Positions 27,146 through 36,578 of a stretch of 64,000 nucleotides of DNA are shown in pieces (position 1 is the first letter of the stretch; every line of letters begins with the position of its first letter). The DNA lies in assembly GCA_964552235.1 (NCBI GenBank), contig CAZKGO010000016.1, forward strand, positions 1,048-65,047, written 5' to 3'. Under the pieces are notes generated by a model, which had not been told where the DNA came from, made no database searches, and saw only the letters and a program-made list of their open reading frames with translations. A program made the translations under genes and the position numbers. The stretch is from an uncultured Spirochaetales bacterium (GTDB taxonomy: Bacteria > Spirochaetota > Spirochaetia > SZUA-6 > CAVTHK01).

Positions 27146-29024
27146 CGTCGGCGCCGGACCCGGGCTCGAGGAACTGACGCTCGTACAGCTGCCGGTACAG
27201 GCCGCCGCGGGCCATCAGCTGGTCGTGGCGGCCGCGGTCGACGATGCGCCCGTCGGCCAGAACGCAGATCAGATCGGCGCGCCGGACCGTGCTCAACCTG
27301 TGGGCGATCACCACCGACGTCCTGCCCGCGAACAGGCGGGAAAGCGCCTCCTGGATAAGCCGCTCCGTGAGGGTGTCGACGCTCGCGGTCGCCTCATCCA
27401 GGATGAAGATGCGGGGATCGGCGAGAACCGCGCGGGCGATGCAGATCAGCTGCCGCTGCCCGGTCGAGAGGTTGACTCCTCCTTCGCGCACGGTCGTGGC
27501 GTAGCCCTCAGGCATCGCCTCTATGAACGGCGCGGCGTTGGCTGCCGCGGCAGCGGCTCGGATCTCCGCCTCCGCAGCCGAGGGCCGGGCGAAGGCGATG
27601 TTCTCGCCGATCGTGCCCGCGAACAGAAACGGGTTCTGGGGCACCAGGCCCATGCAGGCGCGCAGCTGCCGTTGCCGCAGTCGCCGCACGTCGACGCCGT
27701 CGACGAGGACGCTCCCGCCGGTGGTGTCGTAGAAGCGGAGGATCAGGCTCGCGATCGTGGTCTTGCCCGACCCCGTCGGGCCGACCAGGGCCACCATGCT
27801 CCCCGGCTCGATCACAAGATCTATGTCGTGGAGCACAGGCAGCCCCTTGCGGTAGGCGAACGTGACCCTGCGAAGCTCGATGCGGCCCCGCTCCGCAAGC
27901 TTCGCGGGCTCCGCTGACTGGGGCGTCGGGGCGGGCAGCGGGAGCGCGTCGGGGGCATCCTGGATCGCCGGCTCGGTGGCGAGGAGCGCGAGCACCTTTT
28001 CGCCCCCCGCCATCGCCGCCCGCATCGTGGTGTAGTTCTGGCTGATCTCCTGGATCGGCTGGAAGAAGCGGCCCACGTAGGCGACAAAGGCGACGAGCGT
28101 GCCCACGGTGACCTCGCCGCTCATGGCCCAGCGGCCGCCGGCCCAAAGCACGATGGCGGTCGCCGCCACGCCCAGAAAGTCCACCACCGGCAGGAACGTG
28201 AACGACAGGCCCATGGCCGCGATGTTCGAGTCGCGGTTGGACTGGTTGGTCTGGTCGAACTTCTGGGTGCTCGCCTCTTCGCGGCCGAAGGCCTGGATGA
28301 CCCGCATCCCCGCGATGTTCTCCGCCAAGTCTCCGACGACCGCAGCGATGCGGGCGCGCGTCGTGCGAAAGGCGCTCTTGGCGCTGCGGGCGAACCACCA
28401 GGTGACCATCACCATGAGAGGCAGCACGGCAAAGGACAGCAGGGCCAGACGCGGCTGGACCCACAGCATCACCCCCACGACGCCGACGATGACGATCGCA
28501 TCGCCGACAAACGTGACCAGGCCCTGAGACAGGAACTGGTTGATGACCGCCACGTCGTTGATCACTCGCGAGACGGTGACGCCGACGATCTCCCGATCGT
28601 GGTAGCCGATGTGCAGCCGCTGCAGGTGGGCGAACAGGCGGCTCCGCAGGGCGCCGAGGACCCTCTGGCCGATCACGGACAGCAGGTGCTGCTGCCCGGC
28701 GCCGGCGGCAAAGAGCGCCGCAAAGGCGGCGAGCAGGACCAGCGACCGGCGCGCGAGGGCTGCCGCGTCGCCGGCGGCGATCGTGCGGTCGATGGCGTCC
28801 CGCACGAGCAGGGGAATCGCGAGGCTCAGCCCGGAGTAGAGCAGCACGAGCAGCAGCGCCGCCGCCATCTGCTTCCAGTGGGGGGCGAGGAACTGCAGCA
28901 GCCCCGAGGCGATCTTCGGGTCGAAGGCCTTTTCCTCGCCTTCGTGTCCGTAGGCATGGAGGACGCCGCGCGGCCCGTGTCCGCCGCCGTGGCCGCCGTG
29001 CCCGCCGCCCATGGCGAGGCTCAT
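27135..29024 (-). CDS. ABC exporter, fused permease/ATPase (half of a heterodimer) with a His/Gly-rich N-terminus
   Basis: Six-TM domain followed by GPTGSGKTT, LSTGQRQL and FILDEATAS. ATG 29024 forms an ATGA overlap with the upstream partner. Confidence 0.85.
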   Translation of the reverse strand: MSLAMGGGHGGHGGGHGPRGVLHAYGHEGEEKAFDPKIASGLLQFLAPHWKQMAAALLLVLLYSGLSLAIPLLVRDAIDRTIAAGDAAALARRSLVLLAAFAALFAAGAGQQHLLSVIGQRVLGALRSRLFAHLQRLHIGYHDREIVGVTVSRVINDVAVINQFLSQGLVTFVGDAIVIVGVVGVMLWVQPRLALLSFAVLPLMVMVTWWFARSAKSAFRTTRARIAAVVGDLAENIAGMRVIQAFGREEASTQKFDQTNQSNRDSNIAAMGLSFTFLPVVDFLGVAATAIVLWAGGRWAMSGEVTVGTLVAFVAYVGRFFQPIQEISQNYTTMRAAMAGGEKVLALLATEPAIQDAPDALPLPAPTPQSAEPAKLAERGRIELRRVTFAYRKGLPVLHDIDLVIEPGSMVALVGPTGSGKTTIASLILRFYDTTGGSVLVDGVDVRRLRQRQLRACMGLVPQNPFLFAGTIGENIAFARPSAAEAEIRAAAAAANAAPFIEAMPEGYATTVREGGVNLSTGQRQLICIARAVLADPRIFILDEATASVDTLTERLIQEALSRLFAGRTSVVIAHRLSTVRRADLICVLADGRIVDRGRHDQLMARGGLYRQLYERQFLEPGSGADATT

Positions 29025-30820
29025 GCGGGGCCTCGCAGAGGCAGCGGCGCGTGCTCCCCGGGGCCCTCGCTGCGGCGCAGCTGCTGGTTGTAGATGTCGA
29101 CGTACACGCCGCAGGAGTCCAGCAGCTGGCGGTGCGTGCCCTGGCCGACGATGCGCCCGCCGTCGAGCACCAGGATCCAATCGGCGCGGCGGATGGTGCT
29201 GATCCTGTGGGCGATCACGAACGTCGTCCTGCCCTGCATGAGTCGCTGCAGGGCAGCCTGGATCTGCTGCTCCGTCTCCGTGTCGACGCTGGCGGTCGCA
29301 TCGTCGAGGATCAGGATGCGGGGATCCTGCAGGAGGGCCCGGGCGATGGCGATCCGCTGCTTCTGCCCCCCGGAAAGCGTGTCGCCCTTCTCGCCGACCA
29401 GAGTGTCGTAGCCGTCGGGCATTGCCATGATGAAATCGTGGGCCTGGGCCGCCTCGGCAGCGGCCCGCACCTCCCAGTCTGCGGCGTCGGGCCTTCCGAA
29501 CCTCAGGTTTTCCCGCACCGTCGTGGCGAACAGGGTCGTGTCCTGCAGAACGATCCCGACCTGGGCGCGCAGAGAGGCGAGGGTCACCGCCCGGATGTCG
29601 GTGCCGTCGACGAGGATCCGCCCGGCGGTCGGATCGTAGAAGCGGGGGATGAGGTTGACCACGCTCGTCTTGCCCGAGCCGGTGGTGCCCACGAGGGCGA
29701 TGACCTGACCCGCTCGCGCCTGGAAGCTGACGTCGGAGAGCACATGCTCGCGGCCGAAGTAGGCGAGGCTGACCCCCTCAAAGGTCACCTCCCCGCGCAC
29801 GCCCCGCAGCGGCTTCGCGTCGGGAGCCTCGCGCACTTCGGAGCTTGCGTCCAGGATCTCGAAGATGCGTTCGCCGGACGACGAGGCCATGCTCACCGCG
29901 GGGATCACCATGCCCAACCGCCTGACCGGACGGATGAGCTGGCTCACATAAGTCGAGAAGGCGACCAGTTCGCCGAGCGACAGCTGCCCCCGGATCACCA
30001 GGACGCCTCCGAACGCGATGATCGCCACCGTGCTCAGGTTCGCGAGGAAATCCAGCAGGGGTGTGTTCCAGGCCTGCATCCTGGCTGCCCGCACCGCCTG
30101 CTCGAGCCACAGCGAGTTCTGCTGCTCGAAGCGCTGGATTTCCGCCTCCTCCTGGGCGAACGCCTTGACCACCCTCGCGCCGCGCAGGCTCTGCTCGACC
30201 CGGTTGGTCAGCCGCCCGAGGGCGCGCTGGATCTCGAGCGCCAGCGGACGGTAGCGCGCGCCGAACCGCACGCCCCGCCAGATGAGCAGGGGCGCGGGGG
30301 CGAGGGCGAGCGCCGCCAGGAGGGGGTTCATGGCCGCCAGAAAGACGGCGGTTCCGACGAGCAGCGCCAGGCCCTCGACGAGCCTGAGAAAGGCGCGGCC
30401 GGTCAGGAACCGCACACGGTCCACGTCCTGGATCGTGCGGGCGAGCAGGTCGCCGGTCTCCGCCTGGTCGTGGAAGGCGAAGGAGAGGCTCGCGAGCCTG
30501 GCGTGGATGGCATTGCGCATGTCGTAGGCGACGCCCTGGGACGCCATCTCGGACCAGATGCCCTCGAGGTAGGTGAGCAGGCCCCGCAGCGCCGTGAGGG
30601 CCAGCAGGAGCAGGACCGACGCGCCGAGCAGGCGCGGGTCGGACCCGCGGATGCCCCGGTCGATGATCCAGCGGATGAACTGCGGCGTGGCCAGCGACAG
30701 GGCGCTGGCCGACGCCATTGCCAGGTAGCCTCCGGCGCTCAGCTTCCAGTAGGGGCGCAGAAAGCCGAAGCAGCGCCGGAGCACCCGGCGTTGCGGACCG
30801 GCGTCGGGCGGGGACCTCAC
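29021..30820 (-). CDS. ABC exporter, fused permease/ATPase (second half of the heterodimer)
   Basis: GTTGSGKTS, LSGGQKQRIAIARAL and LILDDATAS. GTG 30820 forms a GTGA overlap with the DUF554 stop. Confidence 0.85.
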   Translation of the reverse strand: MRSPPDAGPQRRVLRRCFGFLRPYWKLSAGGYLAMASASALSLATPQFIRWIIDRGIRGSDPRLLGASVLLLLALTALRGLLTYLEGIWSEMASQGVAYDMRNAIHARLASLSFAFHDQAETGDLLARTIQDVDRVRFLTGRAFLRLVEGLALLVGTAVFLAAMNPLLAALALAPAPLLIWRGVRFGARYRPLALEIQRALGRLTNRVEQSLRGARVVKAFAQEEAEIQRFEQQNSLWLEQAVRAARMQAWNTPLLDFLANLSTVAIIAFGGVLVIRGQLSLGELVAFSTYVSQLIRPVRRLGMVIPAVSMASSSGERIFEILDASSEVREAPDAKPLRGVRGEVTFEGVSLAYFGREHVLSDVSFQARAGQVIALVGTTGSGKTSVVNLIPRFYDPTAGRILVDGTDIRAVTLASLRAQVGIVLQDTTLFATTVRENLRFGRPDAADWEVRAAAEAAQAHDFIMAMPDGYDTLVGEKGDTLSGGQKQRIAIARALLQDPRILILDDATASVDTETEQQIQAALQRLMQGRTTFVIAHRISTIRRADWILVLDGGRIVGQGTHRQLLDSCGVYVDIYNQQLRRSEGPGEHAPLPLRGPA

Positions 30821-31554
30821 ATGTGCCACCCCGGCGGCAGCACGGCTTCGAGGGCGAGCAGAACCACGATGATCAGCAGTCCCGGCAGGAAGTTGGCGGT
30901 CTTGAGCCTGGAGAGCCCGAGCAGGTTGATGCCGATCATCACGACCAGGCACCCGCCCAGCCCCGTGAGCTCCGACAGCAGGAGCGGGGAGGCGTAGGGC
31001 TGCAGAAAGCGGGCGAGCAGGGTGAGGGTGCCCTGGTAGAGCAGGACGGCGAGGGCGGCAAAGGCCACGCCGATTCCCATCGCGGCCGCCAGGATCATCG
31101 CCATGAAGCCGTCGAGCACGCTCTTGGTGAGAATCAGCTCGTAGTCGCCCTCGACGCCCGCTTTGAACGAGCCGATGAGGGCCATCGCACCCACGCAGAA
31201 GATCACCGAGGCGTTGAGAAAGCCGTAGGCGAACTCGTTCGAAGGAGCGCCCGTCGGCGACTCGGCCCCGGCTGCGCCGGCCGGTGCAAACCAGCGGCGC
31301 AGCAGGTCGCCGAGCCGCAGAATCGCCCCTTCGATGTCGAGCGCCTCCCCGGCAAAGCCGCCGGCGATGAGCGCCAGCGCCAGGTAGACGATGCGCGAGC
31401 TTTCGAAGGCCATCTTCAGGCCGAGGACCAGGGACACGATGCCTGCCCCCGTGAATACCAGAGTCTTCATGCCTTCGCTGACCCTGCTGTGGAGGAGCAG
31501 TCCCAGCGCGGCTCCGACGACCACGGCGAGGCAGTTGACGAGCGTGGCGATCAC
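30817..31554 (-). CDS. DUF554-family membrane protein (YdfK/YqgA-like)
   Basis: VIATLVNCLAVVVGAALG... and GINLLGL... fit the DUF554 pattern as recalled. GTG 31554 lies 15 nt after the galM stop. Confidence 0.65.
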   Translation of the reverse strand: MIATLVNCLAVVVGAALGLLLHSRVSEGMKTLVFTGAGIVSLVLGLKMAFESSRIVYLALALIAGGFAGEALDIEGAILRLGDLLRRWFAPAGAAGAESPTGAPSNEFAYGFLNASVIFCVGAMALIGSFKAGVEGDYELILTKSVLDGFMAMILAAAMGIGVAFAALAVLLYQGTLTLLARFLQPYASPLLLSELTGLGGCLVVMIGINLLGLSRLKTANFLPGLLIIVVLLALEAVLPPGWHM

Positions 31555-31568
31555 CGGCTGCCTGCTCT

Positions 31569-32594
31569 CTACTCGGCGGAGAAGCGGAACGTCGTCACGT
31601 GATGGTACTCCTGGCCGGGCCGCAGCACGCACGACGGGAAGCCGGGCTCGTTGATGGCGTTGGGAAAGGCCTGGGTCTCGACGCAGAACGCGGCCTGCCG
31701 CCTGCAGGCCAGACCGGCGCGACAGCGGATGCTGCTGTCGAGGAAGTTGCCCGTGTACAGCTGCACGCCCGGCTGGGTCGACCGCACCTCCATGATCCGG
31801 CCCGAGGTCGGCTCACTCACGCGCAGCACGGGCGCCGGACTGGCGGAAGAGGCGTCCACGACGTAGCAGTGGTCGTATCCGCCCACCTCCCCGATGCGCT
31901 CGCCGATCGGCCTGGGCTTGCGAAAGTCCATGGCCGGGTCCTTGGCCACGTCGCGGATCTCGCCCGTCGGGATCAGCCTGGCGTCGACAGGCAGGTATCG
32001 GCTGCAGTGCATCTGCAGAACGTGAGCCAGGATGTCGCCCGTGCCCGCCAGATTGAAGTAGGTGTGGTTGGTCAGGTTGACGGGCGTCGGTTTGTCGGTC
32101 CGCGCGCGGTACTCGAACGTGAGGACTCCGTCGGCGGACAGCCGGTAGATCGCCCGCGCCTCCAGCGTGCCGGGGTAGCCTTCGTCGCCGTCCCGGCTGG
32201 TGTAGGTGAACTCGACGCATTCGCCCTGCGCGCGGCCTTCCCACAGGACCTTGTCGAAGCCCACGTTGCCGCCGTGAAGGTGGTTCGCGCCCTTCTCGTT
32301 GAGCGCGAGGCGGTACTCGCGGCCGTCGAGGGTGAAGCGGCCCGCGGCGATCCGGTTGGCAAAGCGGCCGATGGTCGCGCCGAAGTACGGGTGGGCGCCG
32401 AGGTACGGCTCGAGGGAGTCGAAGCCGAGCGTGATCTCGCTGCTCGCGCCGCGGCGGTCCGGGGTCTGGAGCGATACCAGGATCGCGCCCCAGCTCATCA
32501 CCGACGCCCTGACGCCCCGCCCGTTATCCAGGGTGAACAGGTCGACTTCGCGACCGTCGCGCGTGCGCCCATATGGGATGCATGTGGCTGCCAT
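31569..32594 (-). CDS. galM: Aldose 1-epimerase (galactose mutarotase)
   Basis: GATIGRFANRIA...NHLHGG..GFDK..W...NLTNHTYFNL...GYDHCY...FCVETQ.FPNAIN. The N-terminal 330 aa of track ORF 31569..33584 is a shadow of tatT. Confidence 0.85.
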   Translation of the reverse strand: MAATCIPYGRTRDGREVDLFTLDNGRGVRASVMSWGAILVSLQTPDRRGASSEITLGFDSLEPYLGAHPYFGATIGRFANRIAAGRFTLDGREYRLALNEKGANHLHGGNVGFDKVLWEGRAQGECVEFTYTSRDGDEGYPGTLEARAIYRLSADGVLTFEYRARTDKPTPVNLTNHTYFNLAGTGDILAHVLQMHCSRYLPVDARLIPTGEIRDVAKDPAMDFRKPRPIGERIGEVGGYDHCYVVDASSASPAPVLRVSEPTSGRIMEVRSTQPGVQLYTGNFLDSSIRCRAGLACRRQAAFCVETQAFPNAINEPGFPSCVLRPGQEYHHVTTFRFSAE

Positions 32595-32643
32595 GGGAGC
32601 ACGGTAGCGAAGCGCCCCGAGGTCGTCAAGGACATATGCGGGC

Positions 32644-32672
32644 TTGCATCCCTGCGGCATGGACCCTATGAT
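32644..32672 (+). promoter_or_regulatory. Promoter-like TTGCAT-17-TATGAT upstream of the TatT-TRAP operon
   Basis: Hexamers read directly, 22 nt before the ATG at 32694. Confidence 0.45.
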
Positions 32673-32693
32673 GGTCACCTGTCGGAAGAGCGC

Positions 32694-33620
32694 ATGAAGA
32701 CGCGTCCCGCGGCCATCGCCCTCGTCGTTCTCATCCTGGGCGCCTGCTCGCTGCAGAAGCTGGCGATGCGCAGCGTCGCCGACATGCTCTCGAGCGAGGG
32801 CTCGACCGTCTTTACAGGCGAGAGCGACGTCGACCTGGTGGGCGACGCGCTGCCGTTCGCGCTCAAGCTCTACGAATCGCTTCTCGACGGCGTCCAGGAC
32901 AGCCCCGAGCTGTACCTGGCCACGGGCAAGGCCTTTGTGCTCTACGCGCGGGCGTACGTGCAGATGCCGGCGGAGATGCTGCCCGACGAACGCTTCGACG
33001 AGCGGGTGCGGGCCCAGAGGCGGGCCAGGTCGCTGTACGAGAGGGCGCGGCGGTACGTGCTGCGGGGACTCGACCTGAGGCGCCCGGGCCTGGCGCAGCG
33101 GATCATCGAAGGCGACGACTGGCGAGAGGCGCTCGGCGAAGCGCGGCGCGAAGACGTCCCCTGGCTGTACTGGGGCGGCCTCGCCTGGATGGCCGCGTTC
33201 TCGACGAACACCTTTGACTTCGAGATGCTGATGCGGCTGCCCCGCGCCGCCGGGATGATCGGCCGCGTCATCGAGCTCGATGACCGCTGCGACGACGGGG
33301 GCGCGCACGAGTTCTTCGTGACCTACTACGGCAGCCTCCCGCCCGACCTCGGGGGCAGCGACGAGAAGGCGCGCCGGCACTACGAGAGGGCCGTCGCCCT
33401 TTCGGGCGGCCTCAAGGCGGGTCCCCACGTGGCCCTGGCCACCGCCGTCAGCATCAAGAACCAGGATGCCAGGGAGTTCCGGAGCCTGCTCGAGAAGGCC
33501 CTGGCCGTGGACCTCGAGCAGGCCCCCGCGCTGCGGCTCGCCAACGCGATCAGCCAGCGGCAGGCCGCATGGCTGCTGGAGCACGTCGAGGACTTCTTCC
33601 TCGTGGAGAGCGGCGAATGA
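32694..33620 (+). CDS. tatT: TRAP-transporter-associated TPR lipoprotein (TatT family)
   Basis: Lipobox LVVLILGAC. A helical TPR-like protein immediately upstream of, and overlapping (ATGA), a DctP-like gene. Same order as T. pallidum tp0956-0958. Confidence 0.7.
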   Translation: MKTRPAAIALVVLILGACSLQKLAMRSVADMLSSEGSTVFTGESDVDLVGDALPFALKLYESLLDGVQDSPELYLATGKAFVLYARAYVQMPAEMLPDERFDERVRAQRRARSLYERARRYVLRGLDLRRPGLAQRIIEGDDWREALGEARREDVPWLYWGGLAWMAAFSTNTFDFEMLMRLPRAAGMIGRVIELDDRCDDGGAHEFFVTYYGSLPPDLGGSDEKARRHYERAVALSGGLKAGPHVALATAVSIKNQDAREFRSLLEKALAVDLEQAPALRLANAISQRQAAWLLEHVEDFFLVESGE

Positions 33621-34612
33621 GGCTCGCCGCCGCTGCGCTCGCCCTCTGCCTGGCCGGCGGCTCGACGACGGCGCAGACCGTCAAGCTCGGCAGCCTTGCG
33701 CCGACGGGCTCGCCGTGGGACCAGGCGCTGCGGAAGATGGCCTCGGAATGGAGCCGCCTCACCTCGGGGCGCGTGAACCTGAGGATCTACCCCGGAGGCG
33801 TCGTCGGCGACGAGGACGACATGCTGCGCAAGGTGCGCATCGGCCAGCTGAACGCGGTGGCGCTCTCCGGTCCCGGGCTTGCCACGGTCGTGCCCGGCGT
33901 GCTCGCGCTGCAGGTCCCCCAGCTGGTGTCGAGCGACGAGGAGCTCGGGTACCTGATGGAGAAGATGACGCCCCATTTCGCCGGGCGGTTCGAGGAGAAG
34001 GGCTTCAAGCTCCTGGCCTGGACGCGGGCCGGCTGGGCCTACATCTTTGCCCGCGACCCGGTGATCTGGCCGCAGGACCTGAGGCGGCAGAAGCTGTGGG
34101 TTTGGCAGGGCAGCGCGGACGAGGCGCGGGCCTGGCGCGCGCTCGGCTTCCAGGCGGTGCCGCTGGGCACCGCCGACATCATGGTTCAGCTGCAGAGCGG
34201 CGGCATCGACGCGTTCGTCACCAGCCCTCTCGTCGTGGCCTCCAACCAGTACTTCGCCGTGGCCAACGACATGACGGCGCTGAAGTGGGCACCCTTTGTC
34301 GGCGGCCTGCTCGTGAGCCGCAAGCTCTGGGATACGATCGGGGCCGAAGTCAGGCAGCGCCTGGAGCGGGCGGCGGTCGAGGTCACCGAAGCCTACCGGC
34401 AGGACTTTCTCAGCGCCGACGATAGCGCCATCGAGGTGATGAAGCGTCACGGGCTCACCGTCCACGAGGTGGCGCCGGAGGCGCGCGAGGCCTGGAGGGA
34501 GCTGGTCAGAAAGGGAGTCGGCCTGTTCTTCGGCACCCAGTTCGACATCAGCGACTATGAGACGGCTGGCAGATATCTGGAAGAGCTACGCAGAGCGAAC
34601 CCGGGAGGCTGA
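33617..34612 (+). CDS. TRAP transporter substrate-binding protein (DctP/TatP family)
   Basis: Signal peptide followed by KLGSLAPTGSPW...RIYPGGVVGDE..M..K+R.GQL, typical of DctP. Confidence 0.8.
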   Translation: MRLAAAALALCLAGGSTTAQTVKLGSLAPTGSPWDQALRKMASEWSRLTSGRVNLRIYPGGVVGDEDDMLRKVRIGQLNAVALSGPGLATVVPGVLALQVPQLVSSDEELGYLMEKMTPHFAGRFEEKGFKLLAWTRAGWAYIFARDPVIWPQDLRRQKLWVWQGSADEARAWRALGFQAVPLGTADIMVQLQSGGIDAFVTSPLVVASNQYFAVANDMTALKWAPFVGGLLVSRKLWDTIGAEVRQRLERAAVEVTEAYRQDFLSADDSAIEVMKRHGLTVHEVAPEAREAWRELVRKGVGLFFGTQFDISDYETAGRYLEELRRANPGG

Positions 34613-36485
34613 AGGCTCGGGGGTCTTTGCGCGGCTCGAGAACTGGCTCGCGTCGGCCGCTCTCGTCGCGCTGGCGCTGCTGCCGACCATCGAGTCGGTG
34701 TCTCGCTCCCTGGCGGCGCGCAGCGTCTACTCGTCGGCCGACTGGGTCCAGCACCTCGTGCTGTGGCTGGCCCTGCTCGGCGGCATGATCACCACGCGCG
34801 AGGAACGCCACCTCGCGCTGACGGCGGGCATGGACCGCCTCCAGGGCAGGGCCGGAGCCGCGGTGCGCACCGCCGCCGCCGGCCTGTCGACGCTGGTGTG
34901 CGCGGCGCTTGCCGTCTCTTCGCTCTCGTTCCTGATCGTCGGGTTCGAGCCGGGCAAGCGGGTCGGATTCGTGCCGATGACGGTGGTGGGCGCGATCCTG
35001 CCCGTCGGGTTCGCGGTGATCGCGGCGCGGTTCGCCATGACGGTCGACAGCCCCCGAGCCCGTGCGCCCGTGGGCGCCGCTGCAGCGGCCCTGGGGCTCG
35101 CGTTCGCGTGGCAGCCGCTGTTCACCGCGGCGAGGAGCCTGTTCCCGTCCGCCGCCTGGGTCGACGCCCTGGAGCCGGTGTTCTCGGGTGCGGTCGGTCC
35201 CGTTCTGGAAACGGCGGCCGCCCCGCTTCTGATCGTCTTCCTGGCTGGGGCCTTCGTCGGGCTGCCCCTGTTCGTCGTTCTCGGCGGCCTGGCCTTTCTG
35301 CTGTTCCTGCGCTCGGGCGGCTCGCTCGAGGTCATTCCCAACGAGGCGTACACCCTGCTCACGGGGCCGATCCTGCCCGCGATTCCGCTGTTCACCCTGA
35401 CCGGCTTCATTCTGTCGGAGAGCCGGGCCGCCGACAGGCTCGTCGAGCTGTTCCATGCCTGCCTCGGGTGGCTGCGAGGCGGGCCGGTCGTGATGAGCAT
35501 CATCGCCTGCGCCTTCTTCACCACGTTCACGGGCGGCTCGGGAGTCACGATCCTCGCGATGGGGGGCCTGCTGTTGTCGGTGCTGCTCAAGAGCGGCTAT
35601 CCCAAGCCGTTCGCTTCGGGCCTCCTGACCGCGTCGGGCAGCATCGGGCTGCTCTTTCCCCCGTCGCTGGCGGTGATCATGTACGGCGTCACGGCGCTGA
35701 TCAGCATCAAGGACCTGTTCATCGGCGGGCTCGTCCCCGGCGCGTTCCTCGTGATCACGCTCACGATCGTGAGCGTGATTCTCTCGCGGGGGGTGCGGGA
35801 GGAGCGTTCGGCGTTCGACGCGCGCAGGACGCTGCGCATCCTGGCGAGTTCAGCGTGGGAGATCCTGCTGCCGGTGATGATCCTCGTGAGCTACCTGTCC
35901 GGGTTCGCGACGCTTGTGGAAACGGCGGCGCTTTCTGTGGTCTACGCCCTGATCGTCGAGGTGCTCATCCGGCGCGACATCCGCCTGCGCGAGCTGCCGG
36001 CGGTGTTCGCCCGGTGTCTGCCTGTCGTGGGCGGGGTGCTGATCATCCTCACCGTGGCCAAGGGCCTCTCGTTCTACGTCGTAGATGCGCAGATTCCCAC
36101 CCGCCTCACCGAGTTCGTCCAGATGAACGTGCGCTCCCGCACCGTGTTCCTGCTGCTGCTGAACATCGGCCTGCTGGTCACCGGCTGCTTCATGGACATC
36201 TACTCGGCGATTCTGGTGGCGGCGCCCCTGGTGATCCCGCTCGGCGCGGCCTACGGCGTGCATCCGGTCCACCTGGGCATGATCTTCCTGGCCAACCTGG
36301 AGCTCGGCTACCTGACCCCTCCGATCGGGCTGAACCTGTTCCTCGCCTCGTACCGACTCGAGGAGCCGCTCGGCCGGATCTACCGCAACGTGGTGCCTTT
36401 CTTCCTGGTGAGCCTGGCCGCGGTGCTCGTCATCACCTACGTGCCCTGGCTCAGCACCGTCCTCCTGAAGGTCCTCGGCGGATAG
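34557..36485 (+). CDS. TRAP transporter fused small/large permease (DctQ-DctM)
   Basis: 642 aa polytopic protein. The N-terminal DctQ-like 4-TM part is followed by a DctM-like part (GGSGVTILAMGGLL...). The only in-frame start I found is ATG 34557, giving a 56-nt overlap with the previous gene. Confidence 0.8.
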   Translation: MRRLADIWKSYAERTREAEGSGVFARLENWLASAALVALALLPTIESVSRSLAARSVYSSADWVQHLVLWLALLGGMITTREERHLALTAGMDRLQGRAGAAVRTAAAGLSTLVCAALAVSSLSFLIVGFEPGKRVGFVPMTVVGAILPVGFAVIAARFAMTVDSPRARAPVGAAAAALGLAFAWQPLFTAARSLFPSAAWVDALEPVFSGAVGPVLETAAAPLLIVFLAGAFVGLPLFVVLGGLAFLLFLRSGGSLEVIPNEAYTLLTGPILPAIPLFTLTGFILSESRAADRLVELFHACLGWLRGGPVVMSIIACAFFTTFTGGSGVTILAMGGLLLSVLLKSGYPKPFASGLLTASGSIGLLFPPSLAVIMYGVTALISIKDLFIGGLVPGAFLVITLTIVSVILSRGVREERSAFDARRTLRILASSAWEILLPVMILVSYLSGFATLVETAALSVVYALIVEVLIRRDIRLRELPAVFARCLPVVGGVLIILTVAKGLSFYVVDAQIPTRLTEFVQMNVRSRTVFLLLLNIGLLVTGCFMDIYSAILVAAPLVIPLGAAYGVHPVHLGMIFLANLELGYLTPPIGLNLFLASYRLEEPLGRIYRNVVPFFLVSLAAVLVITYVPWLSTVLLKVLGG

Positions 36486-36486
36486 T

Positions 36487-36510
36487 GCGCCGCCGCCCCG
36501 TCGGCGGCGC
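36487..36510 (+). terminator. GC-rich hairpin GCGCCGCCG-ccccgt-CGGCGGCGC directly after the TRAP permease stop
   Basis: 9-bp perfect stem read directly, with no U tract. The genes are convergent here. Confidence 0.35.
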
Positions 36511-36578
36511 GCCGACCCTGCGCGGCGGCCCGGCGCCCTCGACATGCCTGCCGCGGCCCGATGGATCGCTCCGTCGTT

